Virus record (IMG/VR): IMGVR_UViG_3300032323_002909
Coordinates: 86,462-150,461 of that record
DNA length: 64,000 bases
Direction: 5' to 3' (one strand)
Source: a virus
Shown: positions 1 to 8,211 of the stretch, in pieces
How positions within the stretch are numbered: the first letter of the stretch is position 1
How the letters are laid out: each line of letters starts with the position of its first letter
The notes under the pieces: model-generated
The model's database searches: none
Seen by the model: the letters and a program-made list of their open reading frames with translations, nothing else
Told to the model about the DNA's origin: nothing
Program-made: the position numbers and the translations under genes

Positions 1-1
1 T

Positions 2-1207
2 ACCAATGTTTCTAGTGCCAAATTGGAGGAAATCAACAATACATTGGATACTCTAAATGATCAACAAGCAGATTATGAGAAAAAATTAGCTGAAAGAGAA
101 CAACTTCTTGAACAAAAAAGAAATGATATTACTGATAAAATTAAAGATATCACGAAATCTATTTCTGCTATAGAAATTTTAGATGTTTCTGAGATATCAA
201 TCGAACAAGACAAATATCACGAAGCATGGGTAAAATTAGATGGTAAAATTGGACAAGTTAATCACGAGTTATCCACTAAAGAGACGTTACGCCGTTTAAA
301 AATCAATCAAATAAATTCTGTATCATCTGTCGATACTACTGTTCAATGTGACAAGTGTTTACAGGATGTGCCTCATACACATATTGATCATTTGGAAAAA
401 CTTAAAGCTCAATATATCGAAGAACGAGATGCTATAGATAAAGAAATTGAACGGTTGAATAATGAGAAGCAACAATATCATGATAAAAAGAGACGTATTC
501 AAAATAAAGTCGCCGAATTGCAAGAACAAATCAATACTTCTAAGTTGAATCGTCAAAAATTGGAAGCTTTTCAAAGACAAATAGAACAATATCAAGAGTC
601 ATTGGATAATTTAAAATTGGAAGAATTACCTAAGCCAAATTTTGAAGAAAGTATTAATAATACTGAAAAACGTAAACTGGTAGAGAGTGAAAATCTTAAA
701 TTATTGAAGCAAAAAGCTCAGGATTATGATGTTTGTAAATTTGTTCTTAGTGAAGAAGGTGTGAGAAGTTTTGTCGTTAAGCGTTTATTATCGATGATGA
801 ACGCTAGTATTCAACAATATATAAATGATTTGGGTATGAGCATTCGTTGTAAATTCAATGAATACTTCGATGAACAATTGTCAAACGATAAAGGAATCGA
901 GATATCATATTGGAATCTAAGTGGTGGTGAAAGACGAACTGTCGATCTGGCATGTGCTTGGGCATTCAAAGATTTGAAGCGTAAAATTTCTGGTGTAACA
1001 TCAAATGTTGAATTTTTTGATGAATATCTCGACTCAACACTCGATTCTACTGGTATAGATAAATTAATCGAGCAAATTAAGTGTCGAATCGACAAATATA
1101 ACTTGTCAGTATATGTCATATCACACCGTGTGGAGACTAACAAACACGTCACAGGAGAAGTGGTCGAATTAATTAAAGAAAATGGTATAACCAAACGAGT
1201 ATCTTGA
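2..1207 (+). CDS. 46: Recombination endonuclease ATPase subunit, T4 gp46/SbcC/Rad50-like (5' partial)
   Basis: Coiled coil with CDKC zinc hook, ABC signature LSGGE, Walker B FFDE, ISH motif; frame is open to the window edge. Confidence 0.93.
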   Translation, partial: TNVSSAKLEEINNTLDTLNDQQADYEKKLAEREQLLEQKRNDITDKIKDITKSISAIEILDVSEISIEQDKYHEAWVKLDGKIGQVNHELSTKETLRRLKINQINSVSSVDTTVQCDKCLQDVPHTHIDHLEKLKAQYIEERDAIDKEIERLNNEKQQYHDKKRRIQNKVAELQEQINTSKLNRQKLEAFQRQIEQYQESLDNLKLEELPKPNFEESINNTEKRKLVESENLKLLKQKAQDYDVCKFVLSEEGVRSFVVKRLLSMMNASIQQYINDLGMSIRCKFNEYFDEQLSNDKGIEISYWNLSGGERRTVDLACAWAFKDLKRKISGVTSNVEFFDEYLDSTLDSTGIDKLIEQIKCRIDKYNLSVYVISHRVETNKHVTGEVVELIKENGITKRVS

Positions 1208-1236
1208 CAAAATAGATTGTGGAAATAGATAATATC

Positions 1237-2442
1237 ATGTTTCCACAATCTCCCTTTGCTGCATCTCCGTTTGTATCGCCCTTTCCTCAAAATATAATGA
1301 TAGGTAAACCACCTGTTGAAAAAATTGAGAAACGCCATTCTTATTTAAATTTTTTAGCTGATCGACAAGGATGTGGACAATGGCGAATTGGGTGGGCAGA
1401 GAACCATATTAATATGTCAAATATGGGTGAATCAACATCCGTGACGAAAATGATTTTTGATAAAGGTTGGTATCGTGACATCACAACCGTTAAATTACAA
1501 CGTCAAGCATCGACAATGCAAAAAGAATTTTTTCAATTTCTTAAAAGCATCCAAGAAGAAATGGGTTTCAAAATAATCTACGAAGTTGACGATGTTGTTT
1601 TTTATGAAGAAATTCCCGATTATAATATCTTCAAAGAATCATTTGCTAATGACGAGATAAGACAAAATTGCGTGGATATGGTTAGAATGGCTGATGAGGT
1701 CACTGTTACATGCAAATATATGCGAGACCTGTTTATCGAGAAAACAGGACAGTTTAACATTTCAGCGGTTCCGAATTTCCCACCTGAGTGGTGGATAGGT
1801 CATCAATATGATTATAATCAGATTATTCATAATCATACTAAGCATAAAAATCGTCCAAGAATTTTGTATTCTGGTTCAGGTGCTCATTTTGATGTTAAAA
1901 ATAATACAAATCAACAAGATGATTTTTCCCATGTGTTGAAATTTATAATAGATAATCGATACAAATATCAATTTATTTTCATTGGTTCTTACCCACCACC
2001 ATTACATAAATATATTGAAAATAAAGAAATTGAATTTTATCAGTGGCAAACTTTAATGAATTACCCTAAATTTATTTCATCTTTGAATGTTCAAATGTTA
2101 TTAGCACCTTTAATGGATATACCATTCAACAGATCAAAATCTGATATCAAATATATTGAAGGAGCATGTCTCGGTATTCCTTGTATGTGTCAAGACATGG
2201 TAACATATCAAGATACTCCAGATTTCCTTAAATTTAAGGATTTTGAAGACTTGGCAATAAAGACTGAATATCTTTTAAATTGGAAGAATGATAAAAAATA
2301 TTATCAACTTGTGAAACAATTAAGAAAATTAGGAGAAACTAGATTTTTAGAAAGACCTGAAAATATAGGAGCTTTTATTGAAGCAATGAATACACCATTT
2401 GGCGACCCTAGTAGAAAATATTTGAGACCTTGGAATGATTAA
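1237..2442 (+). CDS. Glycosyltransferase, GT-B fold (GT4-like)
   Basis: GCGQWRI, YEVDD, ADEVTV, PNF, YSGSGAH, APLMDIPFNRSKSDIKYIE motifs typical of phage GT4-like enzymes; ATG 1237 preferred over GTG 1219. Confidence 0.75.
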   Translation: MFPQSPFAASPFVSPFPQNIMIGKPPVEKIEKRHSYLNFLADRQGCGQWRIGWAENHINMSNMGESTSVTKMIFDKGWYRDITTVKLQRQASTMQKEFFQFLKSIQEEMGFKIIYEVDDVVFYEEIPDYNIFKESFANDEIRQNCVDMVRMADEVTVTCKYMRDLFIEKTGQFNISAVPNFPPEWWIGHQYDYNQIIHNHTKHKNRPRILYSGSGAHFDVKNNTNQQDDFSHVLKFIIDNRYKYQFIFIGSYPPPLHKYIENKEIEFYQWQTLMNYPKFISSLNVQMLLAPLMDIPFNRSKSDIKYIEGACLGIPCMCQDMVTYQDTPDFLKFKDFEDLAIKTEYLLNWKNDKKYYQLVKQLRKLGETRFLERPENIGAFIEAMNTPFGDPSRKYLRPWND

Positions 2443-2729
2443 TCTTTAGTATCTCTAGTGAACTCGGAATATTGAGCTAGAGTTGGTCGAAGGCGTTCAA
2501 ACATAGCTTTTAAATTGTCATACGGTGTCTTATTCGAAGGATTATTGAAAAATCTCTCTCTGTTGTTTTGATAATAAGCTATTGTCCCTTTTAAATATGT
2601 TTCAATAGCTGCTGAAATTTTATGCATTTCAGCTATCATCCCTTCGGTCAAAGCGTCATAATTATCATATGATGATTGAAAATCTAAACTTTCATAAATC
2701 TTGCTCAAGTCTTCAAAATACTTATCCAT
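2439..2729 (-). CDS. Hypothetical late protein with putative head-targeting N-terminus
   Basis: TAAATA just upstream on minus strand; N-terminus MDKYFEDLSKIYE. Confidence 0.65.
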   Translation of the reverse strand: MDKYFEDLSKIYESLDFQSSYDNYDALTEGMIAEMHKISAAIETYLKGTIAYYQNNRERFFNNPSNKTPYDNLKAMFERLRPTLAQYSEFTRDTKD

Positions 2730-2797
2730 GATATTATTTATCTTACATGATGACTTTTAAATAAAAATGATTTCTATTAAATACTAAATATATATAA

Positions 2798-3442
2798 ATG
2801 AGAAGTAGCGATTATTTTTTAGAAATTTCAAATATTTATTCGAGGATCATAAATGAATCCCCTGATAATATTACAATTATTGACGATAATGGTGATCATA
2901 AAAATATATCGTATTATAACACACCAGATGCCTACACTGGTCTTATCGGTAGTGATGGTGAATATGTCTTGTCGAAAGATATTATAGGTCATAGTAATTT
3001 AATCGATCATATTTTACATCATGGAGAAGATATTATTCAAAAGTTAATAACCAATCTTGATGATATATATGATTTGCAAAGATTGGTTAGAGAAAGAATA
3101 AAAATAAGAATTTGGAAAAATCAAAAAGTTTTTAGTATGTGGGATTATTACAAGCCTTCATACGAAACTGCCATCAAAAATTCCTTAAAAGCTATAGGTC
3201 AAAATTATAAACAATATAGATATGATAATGAATACAAAGATTATAATGACATGCCTTTATACGATACTTTTTTCGTAAATAGTTTAACGGATGAACAAAA
3301 AGAAGAGAACACGATGGCAGCAATGAAAAAAATTGAAGCAGAAAGAGCTTTAATGGATAAAATAGCTGGCGCTAGACAAAGACCATCGAATGGTGAAACG
3401 CCTTACAGAAAACCTTCTTGGATGAATAGAGAAGGGGATTAA
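2798..3442 (+). CDS. Hypothetical late protein with putative head-targeting N-terminus
   Basis: TAAATA 2785-2790; N-terminus ...EISNIYSRIINE|S. Confidence 0.7.
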   Translation: MRSSDYFLEISNIYSRIINESPDNITIIDDNGDHKNISYYNTPDAYTGLIGSDGEYVLSKDIIGHSNLIDHILHHGEDIIQKLITNLDDIYDLQRLVRERIKIRIWKNQKVFSMWDYYKPSYETAIKNSLKAIGQNYKQYRYDNEYKDYNDMPLYDTFFVNSLTDEQKEENTMAAMKKIEAERALMDKIAGARQRPSNGETPYRKPSWMNREGD

Positions 3443-3501
3443 TATTAGCAATCTTTGTGTTTATAGCTTGCTATTTGAAATAAGGGTGATAAATAAACAA
3501 C

Positions 3502-3783
3502 ATGTCTAATAATATCCAAAACAACGATAAGCACATCCACGGTGATGTGCAAGCCACTAATGTAACAGAAGCGACTACGCCGTTGGATGATGCGTCTTGT
3601 TGTGCTTCGGATTTTCAAGCTAGAAAGGATGCTGTATGCCGAGAATTGGTCGAACATCTAAGAAACATTCCGAGACAACAACCAGTAGGTGAAGAAATCC
3701 AAACCGTCTGGACACCATTTGTGGAGAAATTCAAAGAAATAGGGAAACGATTCGATGAATCATTCAGAGGAATCTCCCAATGA
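3502..3783 (+). CDS. Small ORF reading through the attC-like site, antisense to the cassette
   Basis: 93 codons preceded by TTGCTA-N16-TAAATA-N6-ATG; codons about 7-35 are the attC hairpin itself. Confidence 0.4.
   Translation: MSNNIQNNDKHIHGDVQATNVTEATTPLDDASCCASDFQARKDAVCRELVEHLRNIPRQQPVGEEIQTVWTPFVEKFKEIGKRFDESFRGISQ
3519..3605 (-). mobile_element. attC-like integron recombination site, copy 1
   Basis: Minus strand GCACAAC-AAGAC-GCA[T]CATCCA[A]CGG...CCG-TGGATG-TGC-TTATC-GTTGTTT: AAC/GTT core triplets, 5-nt unpaired spacers, two extrahelical bases in the left arm. Confidence 0.75.
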
Positions 3784-3983
3784 CATCGACAATTCCAATA
3801 TAATTTCTTCAATTTTTTGTTTGATCTTCTCCTTAATATGATCAGGAACTTCCGCACTATTCAACTTTTCGGTTAAAGTATCGATTTGTTTGATTGTTCT
3901 TTCGTAATTTGCCATACGCTTGTTATTTGCGCTCGCGATGATAAATCATAACGGAGGAGTGTCTAGGGGATTATTTGGCACAA
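3525..3983 (-). mobile_element. Putative integron gene cassette (459 bp)
   Basis: Begins TTGTGC after the G of the upstream attC; its own attC begins GCACAAC, the exact complement of GTTGTGC; one ORF points toward the attC. Confidence 0.7.
3760..3915 (-). CDS. 51-aa helical cassette-encoded protein (not in ORF track)
   Basis: MANYERTIKQIDTLTEKLNSAEVPDHIKEKIKQKIEEIILELSMSLGDSSE*, hand-translated; upstream TAGACA(3965-3960)-N16-TATCAT(3943-3938). Confidence 0.55.
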   Translation of the reverse strand: MANYERTIKQIDTLTEKLNSAEVPDHIKEKIKQKIEEIILELSMSLGDSSE

Positions 3984-4064
3984 CGATAAGCACATCCACG
4001 GTGATGTGCAAGACCCAAATGTGACAGAAGCGACTACACCGTTGGATGATGCGGCTTGTTGACA
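3978..4064 (-). mobile_element. attC-like integron recombination site, copy 2
   Basis: 76/82 identical to copy 1 over 3980-4061 vs 3521-3602; minus strand TGTCAAC...GTTGTGC. Confidence 0.75.
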
Positions 4065-4086
4065 TTCATGATGTTTGTGTTATACT
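4059..4086 (+). promoter_or_regulatory. Sigma70-type promoter of DNA polymerase (leaderless geometry)
   Basis: TTGACA-N16-(TGn)TATACT, ATG 6 nt downstream. Confidence 0.8.
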
Positions 4087-4092
4087 CGATCC

Positions 4093-6621
4093 ATGTCTTA
4101 TAGAAATTGTGTGTATAACAACCGTGAACAAAAGATTTTTTTATGGACTTGGAATGATAATGGTGAGAGGGTTAAAGAGGAATGGGATTTCAAGCCATAC
4201 ATTCTACTAGAAGATAAAAATGGTGATGAAAAATCTATTTACGGCACCAAATTAAAGAAAAAAGAATTCAATAGTGGGTATGATCGTAATCAATTTATAA
4301 AAGATAGTAATATCAAAAGAATTTACGAGAACCTACCACCTTACCAACAATTCTTAATTGACAATTATTGGTTTGTGTGCGAAAACGACGAATTTTCACA
4401 ACATCCATTAAAAGTTGCTTATTTAGACTTGGAAAACCCGAAGGCAGATGGGTTCCCTGATCCTGTATTGGCAGATTCGGTTATCAACTTGATAACTTGC
4501 TACGATTCCTTCAGCAAAATATATCATGTATTCGGTTTGAAAAATTTCCATACGACGAGAGATGATGTGAAATATTATTGGTGTAAATCCGAACACGATT
4601 TGTTGAAATCTTTTATTAAATTCTTTAGAAAAGAAGAGTTTGATGTCATCACATCATGGAACGGTGCAGCATACGATATACCCACGTTAGTGAATCGTGT
4701 TACGTTTGAATTGGGTAAAGAATGGGCTGATAAATTATCCCCAATTGGAAGGATTTATGAGAAGACTAATCCCACTGGTAAATTTGGTATGCCCACCAAA
4801 GAATATGTCATCGAGGGTATTTCATCATTGGACTACTATGTGATATATCAAAAATTTAATTTGGAAAAACAAGAGTCATATAAACTCGATCATATCGGAG
4901 AGGTAGAACTCGGCATTAACAAAATCCAACACGAAGGTAATTTGTGGGAACTTTCCAAAAACGATTGGTATACTTACACCAACTACAACATACGAGATGT
5001 TGAAATTTTGGTAAAACTAGAAGAGAAAAAGGGTTATATTTCACTATTGCGTTTCCTCGCATACACAGGATTGTGTGATTTGGAAAATGCTATCAAGACT
5101 GTCCCTCCTATGAATGGAGCTATCGCCATACGTGCGCGTATGCGTGGAGAGTATATTCCCACTTTCATACGTCCAGTCACTGACTACAAAGCACCAGGTG
5201 GATACGTAGCAGATCCACGTATTGGATTTGCTGAAGATATTGTATCATTCGATGCCAATTCGCTATACCCATCTGTAATGATATCTTTGAATTTATCACC
5301 AGAGACTAAAATAGGTAGGGTTGAAAAAATTAATGATATCATCAAAATCCATCATGTATCGGGTCGAATTTTTGAGATGTCTTCGGATAATTTTAAGAAA
5401 TATATCACCGAAGAAAAAGCATCATTGACAAAAGCTGGTTTCTTATTCTCGCAGAAAAAAGTTGGATTGGTTCCCGAATTCTTGGACAACCTTTACACCA
5501 AACGTAAAGAAATGAAGGGTAAAATGTTGGATTGTAGAAAAAAAGGCGATAAAGAGGGCGAACAAAAATTCGATACTATCCAGTATGCCTATAAAATTCA
5601 CCTTAATTCTTTATATGGTTACATGTTAAACAAATATGCCCCCATGGGTGATGAAGACATAGGAACATCTGTTACTCTAACTGGTCAAGCTGTAATCAAA
5701 AAGAGTAATGAATTATTTTTGGATTACATGACACAGAGACTCAACACTACTGTCGATATTGAAAAATCATTGATATACAACGATACTGACGCATTATATG
5801 TCTCGTTGAGCATGTTGAAAGCTAAAGGTTTGGTGTTGAAAGATGGTGATAAGGTATCGACAGAATTTTACAAAGAGTGTCAGGATATTGAAAATCACAT
5901 CAATAGCGGTATTAACAAATGGGCTATCAAGAGTTTGAGAAGTAATGACCCTAGATTTGTATTCAAACGTGAATCCATTTGTGACCGTGGTATCTTCATT
6001 GGTAAGAAATATTATGTCCTACACACTCTCGACGAAGAAGGTGTCGTTACTGATAAATTCAAATATAAAGGCGTTGATGTTGTTAAAACTACTATGCCTA
6101 AAAAGGTCAAACCATATGTCAAGAAAGTCATTGAGCATATGATCCTATCAAAATCGTTGAAAGAAACCAACGATATTTTCAATGAAGCATACGAAGCATT
6201 TAAAAATTTATCAATTGAGGAAATATCCAAAATATCTGGCATGAATAATTATGCAGAATATTCTGCAAGATGTAATGGTATGACAACCTGTAAAGGTATG
6301 CCATCTCATTTAAAAGCCGCATATTATCATGATTTAATTTTAGACCAAGTTGGATTGGTATCGAAATATGATAAATTTAAAACTGGTGATAAGGTTCGAA
6401 TCGTATACGTGAAAAAACCCAATCGTTATGATATTGATATGATAGGATTCAAAGACCGATGGATACCAGAATATGATAATATTTTCAAGGTGGATTATGA
6501 AAAAATGTTTGGTAAAATATTCTATGCTGCCATCGAAAGATTTTATAATGCCGTAAGGTGGACATTACGAAAACCAACTGAAAACTTAGTCGTTGAAATT
6601 GAGGATATTTTTGGAGAATAA
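4093..6621 (+). CDS. 43: Family B DNA polymerase, T4 gp43-like
   Basis: Exo motifs DLE, WNGAAYD, YNIRD; polymerase motifs SFDANSLYPS, KIHLNSLYG, YNDTD. Confidence 0.97.
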   Translation: MSYRNCVYNNREQKIFLWTWNDNGERVKEEWDFKPYILLEDKNGDEKSIYGTKLKKKEFNSGYDRNQFIKDSNIKRIYENLPPYQQFLIDNYWFVCENDEFSQHPLKVAYLDLENPKADGFPDPVLADSVINLITCYDSFSKIYHVFGLKNFHTTRDDVKYYWCKSEHDLLKSFIKFFRKEEFDVITSWNGAAYDIPTLVNRVTFELGKEWADKLSPIGRIYEKTNPTGKFGMPTKEYVIEGISSLDYYVIYQKFNLEKQESYKLDHIGEVELGINKIQHEGNLWELSKNDWYTYTNYNIRDVEILVKLEEKKGYISLLRFLAYTGLCDLENAIKTVPPMNGAIAIRARMRGEYIPTFIRPVTDYKAPGGYVADPRIGFAEDIVSFDANSLYPSVMISLNLSPETKIGRVEKINDIIKIHHVSGRIFEMSSDNFKKYITEEKASLTKAGFLFSQKKVGLVPEFLDNLYTKRKEMKGKMLDCRKKGDKEGEQKFDTIQYAYKIHLNSLYGYMLNKYAPMGDEDIGTSVTLTGQAVIKKSNELFLDYMTQRLNTTVDIEKSLIYNDTDALYVSLSMLKAKGLVLKDGDKVSTEFYKECQDIENHINSGINKWAIKSLRSNDPRFVFKRESICDRGIFIGKKYYVLHTLDEEGVVTDKFKYKGVDVVKTTMPKKVKPYVKKVIEHMILSKSLKETNDIFNEAYEAFKNLSIEEISKISGMNNYAEYSARCNGMTTCKGMPSHLKAAYYHDLILDQVGLVSKYDKFKTGDKVRIVYVKKPNRYDIDMIGFKDRWIPEYDNIFKVDYEKMFGKIFYAAIERFYNAVRWTLRKPTENLVVEIEDIFGE

Positions 6622-6643
6622 TAAAACTGTGATAAATAGTTGT

Positions 6644-7009
6644 ATGGAATTTACAAATTTATTTGAAAAACTTATGACAAAACTTACGGATACTATGTTC
6701 CCTACTTTTGTCAAAAAAAGAGCAGAGGGTGCTAAAAAAATAGAAGATACCGCTAGAAGTAAAGGGATGTATGCTATCCTCACAGCATATCATTTTGCAG
6801 GTAAAGTCAAACCTTATGCCGATGCTTTGAAGAAAGCTGCTAATGAAGATAAAGAATCTCACTTTAAAGAAAAGTATAAGGAAGCTTATGACAAACTTAA
6901 AGATTTAGATTCTCTTTCGCAAAAAGATTTTCAAATGATTACAGGAACTTTGGAAGCATATGGTGAAGTCTACATTCAAGTAAAGAAACCGAAAGATTAT
7001 TCAAAATAA
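6644..7009 (+). CDS. Hypothetical late protein with putative head-targeting N-terminus
   Basis: TAAATA 6633-6638 then N5-ATG; MEFTNLFE|K. Confidence 0.65.
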   Translation: MEFTNLFEKLMTKLTDTMFPTFVKKRAEGAKKIEDTARSKGMYAILTAYHFAGKVKPYADALKKAANEDKESHFKEKYKEAYDKLKDLDSLSQKDFQMITGTLEAYGEVYIQVKKPKDYSK

Positions 7010-7044
7010 TTCTTGCTTTGTATTTGAAACATGATAAATACTCT

Positions 7045-7066
7045 TGTCAGGCACAACACCCTGACA
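7045..7066 (+). promoter_or_regulatory. 5' leader hairpin
   Basis: TGTCAGG/CCTGACA stem with CACAACAC loop directly after TTGCTT-N16-TAAATA (7013-7040). Confidence 0.55.
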
Positions 7067-7079
7067 TTACACAAACACA

Positions 7080-7316
7080 ATGAACAACAAAAATGCATAC
7101 GAGATAAGGCTCGATATATTGAGCATAGCACATGGTGATCTAATGACAGTTTTTCAAGAAAAGCTGCATAACGCCAAAAAGAGAATGGTCGGTGATCAAG
7201 ACGATTGTTGGGTAGAGGATAAAATTGATGACAAGGTTATCGGTGATTTGCTTCCAACTTCAGCAGAAATTATTAAACGCGCTAAAGAATTATACGCATT
7301 TGTGGAAAATGCATAA
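7080..7316 (+). CDS. Small conserved T4-like phage protein (YEIRL...AKELYAFV type)
   Basis: N-terminal AYEIRLDIL and C-terminal PTSAEIIKRAKELYAFV patterns recalled from aquatic T4-like phages. Confidence 0.7.
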   Translation: MNNKNAYEIRLDILSIAHGDLMTVFQEKLHNAKKRMVGDQDDCWVEDKIDDKVIGDLLPTSAEIIKRAKELYAFVENA

Positions 7317-7320
7317 AGAT

Positions 7321-7393
7321 GGCTGATAGGTCGCTCCTATCTGATCTGGAATACGCAGGAGGAAGTCCAGTGAGAATGTATATAAACCCTGCA
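7321..7393 (+). ncRNA. Candidate structured RNA (hairpin plus possible pseudoknot)
   Basis: GATAGG/CCTATC hairpin; crossing pairings CTGGA/TCCAG and GCAGG/CCTGC; locally GC-richer intergenic. Confidence 0.3.
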
Positions 7394-7401
7394 CAATTTT
7401 T

Positions 7402-7617
7402 ATGATTTTGCAACTAAATCCCGCCATACCTATGGATACCCCCAAAGGTAAAGGATATGCTCATTTTCTTATAGATTATTCACAAGAACATGATTTATTT
7501 TGGGTTGTTTTCATAAATGACACAAAAGAATGCTGGACTTTTAAAAATTCTGTGATAAAAATAGAGAACAACGCGACATTGACAAATAATTATGACAATA
7601 CAAGAGGCATACAATAA
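7402..7617 (+). CDS. Hypothetical phage protein
   Basis: QLNP-IP-TPKG-G-AHFLIDY pattern; compact ORF in operon. Confidence 0.65.
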   Translation: MILQLNPAIPMDTPKGKGYAHFLIDYSQEHDLFWVVFINDTKECWTFKNSVIKIENNATLTNNYDNTRGIQ

Positions 7618-7843
7618 AGGTTTGAACGATGCGGAAAATAATGTTATTAATAACTTTATCAATATTTTAAATGATAAAGAATTTGATATTGCTTTTCCTA
7701 ATCCTAAATTGGAAATCGTTCGAAAAGTAATTAAGGAGAGATCCGATTATTACTTTAAGATGGCTGAAGGATCTCATGGCATAGCCAGAGGTTTTCAGAA
7801 AAAAATAGAAACCCACAAATTAGAGCTTGAAAAAGCCAAATAA
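7592..7843 (+). CDS. Hypothetical protein
   Basis: ORF tiling in same-strand operon. Confidence 0.6.
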   Translation: MTIQEAYNKGLNDAENNVINNFINILNDKEFDIAFPNPKLEIVRKVIKERSDYYFKMAEGSHGIARGFQKKIETHKLELEKAK

Positions 7844-7868
7844 TATACTAAATTGAGATATAACAAAT

Positions 7869-8210
7869 ATGAAAAGTACATACGTAGCATTAATTGATCA
7901 GGTTGGACGGAATATCATCGGCACACTTGTTTCGCAAACGGAAACAAGTATCACCCTATATAATCCAGTAATTCTTTACACCCAACCGACACAGAACAAA
8001 CAACTTCAAGTTCAGAGTTTTCCAGTATTCTTTTTTGAATTCATTTCGAAAGAGCATCGCGATCAAAACAATTGGACTTATCCTAAATCCTCTGTGGTGA
8101 TTAGTGATGTGGTACTGGATGATAACATTATCAAACAATACCTCACTATTAACACCCCATCAATGCCTGAGCCTGAAAAAGGTAAAATCGTGAGTATCGA
8201 AGATCTATAA
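7869..8210 (+). CDS. Hypothetical protein (possible Sm-like beta fold)
   Basis: G-x-IIG-L...I-L-NP pattern; abuts uvsX. Confidence 0.55.
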   Translation: MKSTYVALIDQVGRNIIGTLVSQTETSITLYNPVILYTQPTQNKQLQVQSFPVFFFEFISKEHRDQNNWTYPKSSVVISDVVLDDNIIKQYLTINTPSMPEPEKGKIVSIEDL

Positions 8211-8211
8211 T

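Noticed and set aside
2562-2570. GTTGTTTTG complementary to the outer end of attC copy 1, as a second cassette boundary
   Set aside because: Falls inside an intact phage-type gene, and a 9-nt AT-rich match is expected by chance
3615-3857. 80-aa minus-strand ORF as the cassette gene
   Set aside because: GTG start in the middle of the 51-aa ORF with no promoter; the ATG-started 3915-3760 frame is better supported
3519-4064. Repeat pair as DGR template/variable region or mini-CRISPR
   Set aside because: Mismatches are not adenine-specific, no reverse transcriptase in the window, repeat and spacer too long; attC geometry fits better
7050-7057. GGCACAAC matching the attC core box
   Set aside because: No partner GTT arm or L boxes; part of an unrelated short hairpin
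7321-7395. tRNA-sized intergenic element
   Set aside because: No acceptor stem, T-loop TTC or cloverleaf; kept only as an unknown structured RNA candidate
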